From positions 7,924 to 71,923 of the forward strand of contig OZ244939.1 in NCBI GenBank assembly GCA_965222235.1: 64,000 nucleotides of DNA, written 5' to 3'. The translations under genes and the position numbers were made by a program. Shown piece after piece: positions 27,561 through 36,787 of the stretch. This DNA comes from Minisyncoccota bacterium (GTDB lineage: Bacteria; Patescibacteriota; Minisyncoccia; Phycocordibacterales; JABAAK01). Below the pieces are notes generated by a model. That model did no database searches. It saw nothing but the letters and a program-made list of their open reading frames with translations, and was not told where the DNA came from. The stretch's first letter is position 1. Every line of letters starts with the position of its first letter.

Positions 27561-30263
27561 ATGTATATGGCATCGTTTCAACGATTCACCGCGCGGGCGC
27601 AGGAAGCCTTTCAGATGGCCCACGGATATGCGGTTGAGTACGGTCATCAGAATATCAGCCCCGCCCATCTCTTTGCCGCGCTGCTCGGACAGGAGGACGG
27701 ACTGGTACAGCCGATCCTGCAGAAAATCGGACTTGATCCGTATGCGCTGCATAACCAGACCATAGCGCTGCTGGAATCCCGCGCCTCCATGTTTGATGTG
27801 GAGGGCATGCCCGCCGCGGATGTATACCCGACGCCCGAGCTGGAGGTCGTACTCACGCATTCCGGAAAAATTGCGAAAGCGATGGAGGAGAAGCATATCT
27901 CAACCGAACATCTGTTTCTCGCCATACTGGAAAAGCCGGGCGGTCTCCGTTCCCTCATCATGACTCACGGGCTGAGCTCCAAGGAGGTGTACAACACACT
28001 CATTGAGCTCCGCAAGACCGAACAAAAAGAAGGTATTTCCAGGAAAGCAAAGAGCCTGGAGAAGTACGGGCGGAACCTCACGCAGCTTGCCCGGGAAAAT
28101 GCGCTTGATCCCGTTATCGGACGGGACGAGGAAACAAATCGGGTCATACAGATTCTTTCCCGCCGCACCAAGAACAACCCGATTCTCATCGGCGAAGCCG
28201 GAACAGGGAAAACGGCGATTGGCGAGGGACTCGCGCAGCGCATTGTTTCCGGCGATGTGCCCGAATCTATGCGCGGCAAAGAGCTCTACAGTATGGATAT
28301 CGTTTCCATGCTCGCCGGCACCAAATTCCGCGGCGAGTTTGAGGACCGTCTGAAACGGGTTATGAAAGAAGTTGAAGACGCGAACAGCATGTATATTCTG
28401 TTTGTTGACGAGATTCACTCATTGGTCGGCACCGGCAATGCCGAGGGAACGATGGATGCCGCGAATATCCTGAAGCCGTCGCTTGCCCGGGGAAAAATGC
28501 GGATGATAGGGGCGACAACGTTGAAGGAATATCAGCAGCATATTGAAAAGGACGGTGCGCTTACCAGGCGGTTTCAGCCGGTGTATGTTTCAGAACCGTC
28601 CATTGAGGACACGGTCTCCATACTTCGCGGTCTGCGTGAGCGGTATGAACTCTACCACGGCGTTCGCATCACCGATGCGGCTCTGGTTGCCGCCGCCCAT
28701 TTAAGCAGCCGGTATATTACCGAACGGTTTCTGCCCGACAAGGCCATTGATCTGATTGACGAAGCCGCTTCGCTGGTGAGAGTTTCACTGGAGAATAAGC
28801 CGGCCGAACTTGACACAGCACACCGGAAAATTATGCAGCGGGAGATTGAGCTTGAAGCGGTGCGGAAAGATTATGAAAACAGTCCTGACAGCGCAATAAA
28901 GGAGCGCATATTGTCGCTTGAGAAGGAGATTTCGGATATGAAAGAGGGGAGCAGGGAGCTGGAAGTGCGGTGGAAAAATGAAAAGGAGACGATTGAGAAC
29001 ATTAAAAATCTGCAGAAAGATCTTGAGCGAAAACGGTATCAGGGCGAAGAAGCGGAAAGCAGGGCCGACTTCACGAAAGCCGCTGAAATCCGGTACAAAG
29101 AAATACCGGTCATTGAGGAGAAATTTCAAAAAGAACAGAGGCGCCTGAAACGTCTGCAGAAGACAAGGAAAATACTTCGCGAGGAAATTATTGAAGAAGA
29201 CATTGCCAAGGTCATCGCTAAATGGACCGGCATTCCCGCGATGCGTATGCTTGAGAGCGAGGTGCAGAAGCTCGGCAGAATGGATCAGGAACTGAAAAAG
29301 CAGATTGTCGGACAGGATGAGTCCATTCAGAAGATCGTCACGGCAATTAAGCGGTCGCGGGCGGGTATCGCCAATCCGGAGCGGCCTATAGGATCATTCC
29401 TGTTTCTCGGTCCGACCGGTGTCGGCAAAACCGAGCTGGCAAAACAGCTGGCGCAGTATATGTTTGACGATGAACAGGCCCTGATACGTTTTGACATGTC
29501 CGAATACATGGAGCGGCATACCGTTTCAAAACTCATCGGCGCGCCTCCCGGCTATGTTGGGTATGAAGAGGCGGGAAAGCTGACCGAGGCAATCCGGCAC
29601 CGTCCGTACTCCATTGTTCTGTTTGACGAGGTTGAAAAAGCACACCCCGATGTCTTTAATGTGCTGCTGCAGGTGCTTGACGACGGTCGGCTTACGGACA
29701 GCAAAGGACGGCTGGTGAATTTTAAGAACACGATTGTCATTCTGACTTCAAATATCGGGTCCGACCAGTTGATGCATATGCGGCAGATAGGGTTCGGTGA
29801 AACACTCAAGAAATCGGAAGAAAGGGAAAAATACTACGGCGAAGTACGGGACAAGGTTACCAATGAACTGCAGAAAACATTCAGACCCGAATTTCTTAAC
29901 CGTCTTGATGAGATTATTGTGTTCAAGCCGCTTGATCAGCAGAGTATTCGGCGCATCACCTCCCTTCTCATCAATGAATCGGTCGAACAGCTTGCGGACC
30001 GGGGGATATCGGTGACGGTTGACAGAAAGGTGCTGGAGAAAATCGGCAGAGACGGATATGACGCTACATACGGCGCAAGACCGCTCCGGAGAAAGATTCA
30101 GACTGAGATACTTAACCCGCTTGCCAATGCGATCATTGAAGGAAGCATACGGGAAGGTTCCACGGTTACTATATCCGTTAAAGACGGCGTGTATACGTTT
30201 AATACCGCAAAAAAACGGGCGCGGAAGAGCGGTATCAAAAAGAAAGAACAGGTGGCGGTATAG
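27561..30263 (+). CDS. clpB: ATP-dependent chaperone ClpB
   Basis: Clp N-domain, two AAA+ modules ([17 protein letters not shown]), a long coiled-coil M domain, GAPPGYVGY and GARPLRR. The start may be 27567. Confidence 0.92.
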   Translation: MYMASFQRFTARAQEAFQMAHGYAVEYGHQNISPAHLFAALLGQEDGLVQPILQKIGLDPYALHNQTIALLESRASMFDVEGMPAADVYPTPELEVVLTHSGKIAKAMEEKHISTEHLFLAILEKPGGLRSLIMTHGLSSKEVYNTLIELRKTEQKEGISRKAKSLEKYGRNLTQLARENALDPVIGRDEETNRVIQILSRRTKNNPILIGEAGTGKTAIGEGLAQRIVSGDVPESMRGKELYSMDIVSMLAGTKFRGEFEDRLKRVMKEVEDANSMYILFVDEIHSLVGTGNAEGTMDAANILKPSLARGKMRMIGATTLKEYQQHIEKDGALTRRFQPVYVSEPSIEDTVSILRGLRERYELYHGVRITDAALVAAAHLSSRYITERFLPDKAIDLIDEAASLVRVSLENKPAELDTAHRKIMQREIELEAVRKDYENSPDSAIKERILSLEKEISDMKEGSRELEVRWKNEKETIENIKNLQKDLERKRYQGEEAESRADFTKAAEIRYKEIPVIEEKFQKEQRRLKRLQKTRKILREEIIEEDIAKVIAKWTGIPAMRMLESEVQKLGRMDQELKKQIVGQDESIQKIVTAIKRSRAGIANPERPIGSFLFLGPTGVGKTELAKQLAQYMFDDEQALIRFDMSEYMERHTVSKLIGAPPGYVGYEEAGKLTEAIRHRPYSIVLFDEVEKAHPDVFNVLLQVLDDGRLTDSKGRLVNFKNTIVILTSNIGSDQLMHMRQIGFGETLKKSEEREKYYGEVRDKVTNELQKTFRPEFLNRLDEIIVFKPLDQQSIRRITSLLINESVEQLADRGISVTVDRKVLEKIGRDGYDATYGARPLRRKIQTEILNPLANAIIEGSIREGSTVTISVKDGVYTFNTAKKRARKSGIKKKEQVAV

Positions 30264-30378
30264 ACGAAATATTTTTTTTATTGTATAATTATAACCGGAA
30301 GCGGGGGAGATTCATAATCTCCCGCATGTTCAGCTCGGCTCACTGCGTGTGCCGAATACCACGAAAAGGAGCAGGGAA

Positions 30379-30960
30379 ATGAAATGTTTTTTATTCTTTC
30401 GTGGAGAAATTCACGAAGGGCTACCCGTTCATCCGGACAAGGGTCTCGGTCTGGTGCTGCTGCTCGGTGAAGCCGGGCACGGGAATAGCCTTGAGAAAAT
30501 TCCGTTACTGAAAAAAGATCCTCCGCGGATTGAGGGCGGTAGGGTGTGCCACGCCCGTCCCGTTGTGTGCACATATCGCGGGGCCAACAGCGGACTGTCC
30601 TTCATTGCGCTTGCGAAGCCGAACAGGCCGAAAGACAGGAGAATACTGATTCGTGTCAATGCGGACTGGGTGTTTCCTCCGGGATCGGTCGGTGTATGCG
30701 GCGGTGAGCGCGGTCTCCCGAAAAAAATCATAGCGGGTTACGGATCTCGCCATTCCGCGGACTGCCTGAGCAGGTGGTACGATGAGTTGATAATTATGTC
30801 CCCGGGTGATGTGCTTTGGATTGGGGCGAGCGGTTATATGGACGGCATGCTTGCTCTTGTCTATTCCGCCGAGGACGGTTCTGTCTCGTGTCTCCCGTAC
30901 AAGGAATACATGATTCAGAATGTTGCCGCACCTGATGACATGGATATCAGAGATCTCTGA
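30379..30960 (+). CDS. Hypothetical protein
   Basis: ORF with an AAGGAG Shine-Dalgarno 7 nt before ATG 30379 and a TATAAT box ~90 nt upstream; no recognisable domain. Confidence 0.65.
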   Translation: MKCFLFFRGEIHEGLPVHPDKGLGLVLLLGEAGHGNSLEKIPLLKKDPPRIEGGRVCHARPVVCTYRGANSGLSFIALAKPNRPKDRRILIRVNADWVFPPGSVGVCGGERGLPKKIIAGYGSRHSADCLSRWYDELIIMSPGDVLWIGASGYMDGMLALVYSAEDGSVSCLPYKEYMIQNVAAPDDMDIRDL

Positions 30961-31004
30961 TACATTTACACCAGTTATGGAGGCACTGGTTTATCAAAAA
31001 CTCC

Positions 31005-31059
31005 TCTCTCGCACCTTATGGCCGGGTTGCCTGATGAGTCCATGGCAGGACGAAAGAGA
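31005..31059 (+). ncRNA. Type III hammerhead ribozyme
   Basis: Core CUGAUGA (31031-37) and GAAA (31052-55). Stem II GUCC/GGAC; stem III UCUCU/AGAGA; CUC cleavage triplet at 31008-10; stem I GCACCU paired with GGG(U)UGC. Loop-I GCC is complementary to loop-II GGC. Confidence 0.8.
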
Positions 31060-31179
31060 TATATGTTGACACACTTCCGCAACATAGCATCTGAACCCAA
31101 AATTTTGTAAAAATTCACGAAAGGGACCGAATATTGCATATTAAAACTAAGTGATATTGATGGTATACTATGCGTAGTT

Positions 31180-32118
31180 ATGAAAACGCTAACTAAGTCC
31201 AGAAATAAAACATTGCACTTAGATGAGAGCGACATGAATTTTCTGGAGAAATATGTCACTTCTATTAGTAAAAAATCTTTATTAACGGACATAGAGAACA
31301 AAATAGTATATCAGGATACTTTTGCCGCACTTGGTTTTTTACCCGATGATTTTGTCAATCTTGTATTTGCTGATCCACCGTATAATATAGATAAAAAGTT
31401 TAATGATGTGGCGTTTAGGAAGATGGATATACGGTCGTATGAAGAATACACGGAACAATGGGTCTCTAAACTAAAAAGAAAACTAACTAAAAATGCTTCG
31501 CTGTATGTTTGTGGTGATTGGCGCTCAAGTACCGCTTTATATAATGTTTTGAGTAAATATTTCATCGTTAGAAACAGGATAACTTTTGAAAGGGAAAAAG
31601 GAAGAGGCGCAAAAACAAATTACAAAAATTGTTCCGAAGATATATTTTTTTGTACAAACTCCAATCACTATGCTTTTAATGTGGACACTATAAAGTTGAG
31701 AAAAAAGGTGGTTGCACCGTATAAAGAAAACGGAAAACCGAAAGATTGGGAATTCGGCTTTGGCGGTATCGGTTACAGAGACACCCATCCTTCCAATATT
31801 TGGACTGACATAACAATTCCGTTTTGGTCTATGAAAGAAAACACGGAGCATCCGACTCAAAAACCGGAAAAATTATTAGCAAAGATAATTTTAGCAAGCT
31901 CAAACAAGAATGATATGGTTCTTGATCCTTTCCTCGGATCAGGAACAACTTCCGTTGTCGCATCAAAGTTGGGAAGACGGTACATTGGTATTGAGGTTGA
32001 TAAAAGATATTGTTTGATTGCACAAAAAAGGTTGCAAGAGGCGGAGAAAGATAAAAATATACAGGGGTATGTTGACGGTGTTTTTTGGGAACGAAATGCA
32101 TTTAATAAGAGTGTATGA
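31180..32118 (+). CDS. Beta-class DNA methyltransferase (probably N6-adenine)
   Basis: FADPPYN, HPTQKPEKL and LDPFLGSGTT; visibly more AT-rich than the flanking genes. Confidence 0.9.
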   Translation: MKTLTKSRNKTLHLDESDMNFLEKYVTSISKKSLLTDIENKIVYQDTFAALGFLPDDFVNLVFADPPYNIDKKFNDVAFRKMDIRSYEEYTEQWVSKLKRKLTKNASLYVCGDWRSSTALYNVLSKYFIVRNRITFEREKGRGAKTNYKNCSEDIFFCTNSNHYAFNVDTIKLRKKVVAPYKENGKPKDWEFGFGGIGYRDTHPSNIWTDITIPFWSMKENTEHPTQKPEKLLAKIILASSNKNDMVLDPFLGSGTTSVVASKLGRRYIGIEVDKRYCLIAQKRLQEAEKDKNIQGYVDGVFWERNAFNKSV

Positions 32119-32308
32119 CGAAGAATATTTTTACGAAAAAATAGCAAATTCAAATATAATTGAGATTATAGAAAATCAATCAAGAAAAAGGTGGATGTTA
32201 GAGATGTGTGATAATCTCATTGAATTTTATCCGAAAGAAATAGAAAAAATTGGGGCACGGATTGAATATTTTAAGAAGGTGAGAAAATCATGGGAAAAAA
32301 GAAAATAG
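32111..32308 (+). pseudogene. Possible C-terminal remnant of a restriction endonuclease or other RM partner
   Basis: Short, AT-rich, start-less frame (IANSNIIEI...RKRWMLEMCDNLIEFYPKEIEKI..RIEYF) directly after the MTase; the family assignment is only inferred. Confidence 0.3.
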
Positions 32309-32605
32309 AAAGAAATATTTTCAATAAAGGCAGGACTTGAATTTTTTGAGGAAATCCGCCGTTTCCGCAAAAATAATATAAGTGGAAAAGCGGAGCGCAC
32401 GGAGGAACGACGACGAGCCTGCTGAACGGGCGGATTTTTTCAGAGAAGTTGATTTGAACCGCACTTTACACCACACCAATATTCATTTTAGGCTGAAAGA
32501 TGCGCGGAAAGTCCTTTATGACGAACTGGCAGGCAGCCCGCACACAAAAACGTGCTCGTACATATAATACGAACACATTCACCAATACTTTTATTTCCTG
32601 TTCAG

Positions 32606-32688
32606 TGCGCCGGGCAGGATTCGAACCTGCGTAGCCTTTCGGCGACGGATTTACAGTCCGTTGCAATTGACCACTCTGCCACCGACGC
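32606..32688 (-). tRNA. tRNA-Tyr (GTA)
   Basis: GCGTCGG/CCGGCGC acceptor stem, ACGGA-CTGTAAA-TCCGT anticodon arm, long variable arm and GGTTCGAATCC T arm; CCA not encoded. Confidence 0.95.
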
Positions 32689-32747
32689 AGCAGGGAGAGT
32701 ATACCATATATTGTTTGTATTCAGGAAATGTATTGTAGAATGTCGGT

Positions 32748-33749
32748 ATGGGTATACAGATACGAAAATCGGTTTATGCGTTGGCAGTGGTGGTTATTCT
32801 TTTTTTCGCCGTCGCCATTTCTGATGTGTCGGTAGCACAGACGACCGTTCCGGGACCGGGCAGCCTTATCGTTGACTGTAGTTTCGGAGAAGGAGAGGAT
32901 TGCGGTATCAAACATCTGTTTACGCTGACTGAGCGTATTCTGGATGTATTAATTTGGCTTGCCGGCATTCTTTTTGCATTGGTGATGCTCCGGATTGGCG
33001 TTGTTTTTGCGCTGAATGCGTTTCTTCCCGGAGAGTATCAGTCGGCGATAAATAAATCCAAAGCAGCGTTTCAAGGCATTCTTCTCGGATTATTTCTGGT
33101 GTTGGGCGCCTGGTTGATTGTCAAGGCGGTATTCACCCTGTTCGGCTACAAAGGGGACCCGTTCAATGCGCCGGTACAGCCTACTACCCCACCACCACCA
33201 TCTACCACCACCCCACCACCATCTACCACCACCCCACCACCTCCGCCATCTCCGGACGGGTGCAGTAGTTGTGTGTCGCTGGCAGACAGCGGCCTGCGGC
33301 ATAAGCCGAGCGGCGATTCGGGAGATGTTGCCAGCGGCTGCAGCAGCGGCACGGACGGCCAGTGCTATATCAATCAGGAACTGTACGAACGGCTCGTTAA
33401 ACTTAACGAAGACAGCGAAGATGGGACGCCGCATCCGTGGAGAATCACCGAATCATGGCCGCCGACAACGGGACATGCAAACACCTGTCACCAGGACGGT
33501 ACCTGTGTTGATGTCGGGTTTTTTTATGCAACCGAGCATAGGCCTCCTGCTACCGGAAAACAGGTTTACGACTTCATTGTCGCTGCGCGTTCTGAGGGAC
33601 TTACGGCGGAATATGAGGTTCCGAACGAACAGGAACGGAGCAGATTAATTCGAGAGAATCCGTCACTGCAGGGCCTACACAGAGGCATCATAATTGTTCG
33701 GGAGGTCACTCCTCATTTTTCCGTGTACAGGACTGAGGATCGGGAGTGA
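32748..33749 (+). CDS. CPR-type pilin (TrbC/VirB2-like) fused via a Pro/Thr linker to a putative M15/Hedgehog-fold Zn peptidase
   Basis: Signal peptide, C..C, two TM helices ending AWLIV...F..FG, and a PPPPSTTT linker. Then RITESWPP..H...CHQDGTCVD (H-x6-D) and a distal PHF motif. Confidence 0.65.
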   Translation: MGIQIRKSVYALAVVVILFFAVAISDVSVAQTTVPGPGSLIVDCSFGEGEDCGIKHLFTLTERILDVLIWLAGILFALVMLRIGVVFALNAFLPGEYQSAINKSKAAFQGILLGLFLVLGAWLIVKAVFTLFGYKGDPFNAPVQPTTPPPPSTTTPPPSTTTPPPPPSPDGCSSCVSLADSGLRHKPSGDSGDVASGCSSGTDGQCYINQELYERLVKLNEDSEDGTPHPWRITESWPPTTGHANTCHQDGTCVDVGFFYATEHRPPATGKQVYDFIVAARSEGLTAEYEVPNEQERSRLIRENPSLQGLHRGIIIVREVTPHFSVYRTEDRE

Positions 33750-33812
33750 AGATTGTATGAGATAGGTATATCGGTCTGGTGCGCCTCCATGTTTCGTGCT
33801 ACACTGGCACAT

Positions 33813-33971
33813 ATGTCACAAGATCATGTAATACGAATGAAGTGTGCAGAGACAGGGGATATGCACTATGTAACGCGGAAAAACAGGAAAAAAAACCCTG
33901 ACGCACTGGTGTTGAAGAAATATAACCCGAGGCTCAAAAAGCACACAGAATATAAAGAATCAAAGAAATAG
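33813..33971 (+). CDS. rpmG: 50S ribosomal protein L33
   Basis: YVTRKNRKKNPDALVLKKYNPRLKKHTEYKESK; TACACT -10 box 7 nt before the ATG. Confidence 0.93.
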   Translation: MSQDHVIRMKCAETGDMHYVTRKNRKKNPDALVLKKYNPRLKKHTEYKESKK

Positions 33972-33972
33972 T

Positions 33973-34617
33973 ATGGATCTTACGTTTACAAAGAGAAATG
34001 TATTCGGTCGGAAAGTTTTCCTGCTGCGCAGCGAGGGTCAGACGCCCGTTGTCTGTTACAGTGACGGCAGTGAGGCGGAGTCATACAGTGTTAGTACAAA
34101 ATCACTAAAAAAAATCCTTTCCACCGAACAGGTGGTAATCACAGCTGACGGCGATCTGTCGGGAAAACAGGTCATGCTGCAGGATATTGCTGTTGACCCC
34201 CTTTCAGGCACGCCGATTCATGCGGATTTTCTTTTTGTGGACACGAAGCACGAAGTTGAGCACGAAGTTCCGGTTTATATAATCGGTGAAGCTCCCAGTG
34301 TAAAAAAGCAGGACGGACAGATGATTGTTACCCTTGATAAAGTGACTATTCGTGCGCTGCCGCAGGATATACCCGGGCATGTGGATGCCGATGTCAGCTC
34401 TTTGGAACATATCGGTGCGCATCTCACCGCCGCTGATTTGCCGCTCCCCGCCAGTGTTATACTGGTGACAAATCCTCAGGAGATCGTAGTATCAATTGTT
34501 GAGCAATCTCAGGAGGAGGAAAAAGAAACGACCGATGAAACATATATGGACACTATTGAAGTTGCCGGCAAAAAGGAGAAGAAACAGGAAGTTTCCGAGG
34601 ACAGCGACAGTTCATAG
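33973..34617 (+). CDS. rplY: 50S ribosomal protein L25/Ctc
   Basis: LRSEG..PVVCY, QDIAVDP....IHADF, EVPV...GEAP and LP..IP..V..DVS.L. Confidence 0.9.
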   Translation: MDLTFTKRNVFGRKVFLLRSEGQTPVVCYSDGSEAESYSVSTKSLKKILSTEQVVITADGDLSGKQVMLQDIAVDPLSGTPIHADFLFVDTKHEVEHEVPVYIIGEAPSVKKQDGQMIVTLDKVTIRALPQDIPGHVDADVSSLEHIGAHLTAADLPLPASVILVTNPQEIVVSIVEQSQEEEKETTDETYMDTIEVAGKKEKKQEVSEDSDSS

Positions 34618-34630
34618 CGCCATATATCGT

Positions 34631-36283
34631 ATGTGTTCTTTTTCTTTTTGCGGGAAAGCGGCTGTCGGAGTTCTCGTTGTCGCTCTGGCGGCATCATTTC
34701 TTTCTCCGGTATCCGCTGTGGAGTGTTTCACTGATTTGGGTGAGAGCAAAAACACGCTCAAAAAGGCATTGGAAACATGTCAGGAACAGATTGATAAAAC
34801 TGAAAAAGTCCTGCAGGAGCAGCAGGCGGTCAGAACGAACACCGAATACGATATTCTTCTCATTGAGCAGGAAATTAACAAGGCCCTACTTCGCATCCGT
34901 TCCAGCGACACAATCATCAGGGATTTAGACGAGGATATTACCGTGAAAGGAGCGACAGTTTCTGATCTGAATGAAAAATTAAAAAGCCGGCGCAAATTCC
35001 TTTCCGAGGTGCATCAGAGGATAAACGAAGCTGAGCAGAGAGGATTTCTTAATCTGCTGATTTCAGATGTGACGGTTTCAGCATTCGTTTCCGGCATAAA
35101 TGAATATATGACCCTGCATAAGACATTAGGAAATTCTATACGCAATATAAACAGCATCAGGCAGCGCCTTATCTCAACGGTTGATGATCTTGAAGACAAA
35201 AAAGTTGAACAGGGAAGAATACGACAGGAGCGTCGGGCTACCGCAAATCAGATTAAGTCCCGGAGAGGACAGAAAAAAGAAATTCTTAATCATCAGTTAA
35301 GCTTGGAAGAAAAGACACAGGAAAAAATTGATGAGTATGAGACGCGCGCCGCGCAGATCAGAAACCGGCTGTTTGAGTTCCGTGGCGGTGCCATACCGTT
35401 TGAACAGGCATTGACTATTGCCGAAGAGGTTTCAAGAAGAACAGGATTGCGGCCCGCATTCCTGCTCGGCCTCATCAAGCACGAATCTGATTTAGGAAAA
35501 AATGTCGGTACGGGGACATACAGGAATGATATGCATCCCACGCGTGATCAGCCCATCTTTCCGTTCATAGCAAAGATGCTTGGTTTTGATCCGGATAAGC
35601 TTCGGGTTTCCGCGAATCCCGGTTTTGGGTGGGGCGGTGCTATGGGACCGGCTCAGTTTATTCCTTCAACATGGGTGTGTTACGGCGGCCTTATTAACAC
35701 AAAAACAAACACTTGTTCAATTACCAACAGCTATATTAAAACAACAAAACTTCTGGAGATCGGTAGTCGTGGCGGTGATGTGAAACGATTGCAGCAGTTT
35801 CTCAACCGGCAGGGCTTCACTGTTGCAGCAAGCGGACCGGGAAGTCCCGGGAAAGAAACAACATACTACGGTGATAATGTTGCACAGGCAGTGAGCAGGT
35901 TTCAGGAGCACTATGCGAAACGCATACTGCATCCGTACGGACGAACGAAAGGAGCAGGTGTCGTCGGACCGTTGACCAGGACATCAATCAATCAACTTTA
36001 TTTTTATTCCGGACCGTGGAAGTACCGTGCGAATAAAGATGTTATAAGGCAGTACACCAAGAATGACAGACCTTCAAACCCATGGAATCCCCGCGACGCA
36101 TTTTTTGCATCAGGAATATATTTAAAACGGCTCGGTGCGGAAAATGACGAATGCACCGCCGCACGCCGGTATTATGCCGGTGCCAATTGGCGCAAGCAGA
36201 TTGCTCTCAATTACTGCCGCGCGGTTATCTCAAACGCCCGCATTTACCAGAGAGACATTGATTATCTGAAAAAATCCGGATAG
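34631..36283 (+). CDS. Secreted coiled-coil lytic murein transglycosylase with an inserted peptidoglycan-binding domain
   Basis: Signal peptide and long coiled coil. SLT motifs KHESDLG, GAMGPAQFIPSTW and NPWNPRDAF; PG_binding_1 motif GSRGGDVKRLQQFLN...AV..FQ...G.VGPLTR. Confidence 0.82.
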   Translation: MCSFSFCGKAAVGVLVVALAASFLSPVSAVECFTDLGESKNTLKKALETCQEQIDKTEKVLQEQQAVRTNTEYDILLIEQEINKALLRIRSSDTIIRDLDEDITVKGATVSDLNEKLKSRRKFLSEVHQRINEAEQRGFLNLLISDVTVSAFVSGINEYMTLHKTLGNSIRNINSIRQRLISTVDDLEDKKVEQGRIRQERRATANQIKSRRGQKKEILNHQLSLEEKTQEKIDEYETRAAQIRNRLFEFRGGAIPFEQALTIAEEVSRRTGLRPAFLLGLIKHESDLGKNVGTGTYRNDMHPTRDQPIFPFIAKMLGFDPDKLRVSANPGFGWGGAMGPAQFIPSTWVCYGGLINTKTNTCSITNSYIKTTKLLEIGSRGGDVKRLQQFLNRQGFTVAASGPGSPGKETTYYGDNVAQAVSRFQEHYAKRILHPYGRTKGAGVVGPLTRTSINQLYFYSGPWKYRANKDVIRQYTKNDRPSNPWNPRDAFFASGIYLKRLGAENDECTAARRYYAGANWRKQIALNYCRAVISNARIYQRDIDYLKKSG

Positions 36284-36716
36284 AGGTCAGCGGCAAAACC
36301 TTTATTTTATAAATATTTTTCTTCTTTTCCACACACAGTGATCACATGCTATATTTATATCGTACTCTATATGTAGACGGGGAATGTAATACCCGGATTA
36401 AAATTAAAACGGGAAACGGGCGCATGTTCTCATACAGAGAGCCCTGCCTACCTCGCCATTTGTTCTTTCACAATTCGCATCACACAAGTTGTGCACTGTT
36501 CCTTATGTTGAGTGCGAGCACACATTCTGCACTCAATCAGTTCCACGCATATTCTGACATTGCGGTATTGCCGAAAGCACCCGCATATTCAAGTTTGTGT
36601 GGCAGTATTTTCTTCGGCGGACAACCGGCGGAGAAAACCTAAACCGGAAAAAGACATTCGGTATAAAAAATTTCTTTGGTGTACTCGTGTTATTCAACGC
36701 GACCATCTCACACAAG

Positions 36717-36767
36717 CCCCTCGGCTGTCCCATATAAAACCTCGGACTGCCGGGGGTTTTCTTTTTC
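36717..36767 (+). terminator. Rho-independent terminator
   Basis: CCCTCGGCTGTCC/GGACTGCCGGGGG stem followed by TTTTCTTTTT. Confidence 0.7.
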
Positions 36768-36787
36768 ATATTTGATATACTGACATC

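Noticed and set aside
8367-27896. Numerous overlapping and antisense ORFs within the giant genes (e.g. 21856-23115 +, 21032-21820 -)
   Set aside because: Expected shadows of repetitive, codon-biased coding sequence, with no independent motifs or start signals.
30970-31004. Canonical preQ1-I riboswitch call
   Set aside because: The ligand-pocket nucleotides deviate, it lies 3' of a gene, and no queuosine-related gene follows; kept only as an unclassified pseudoknot.
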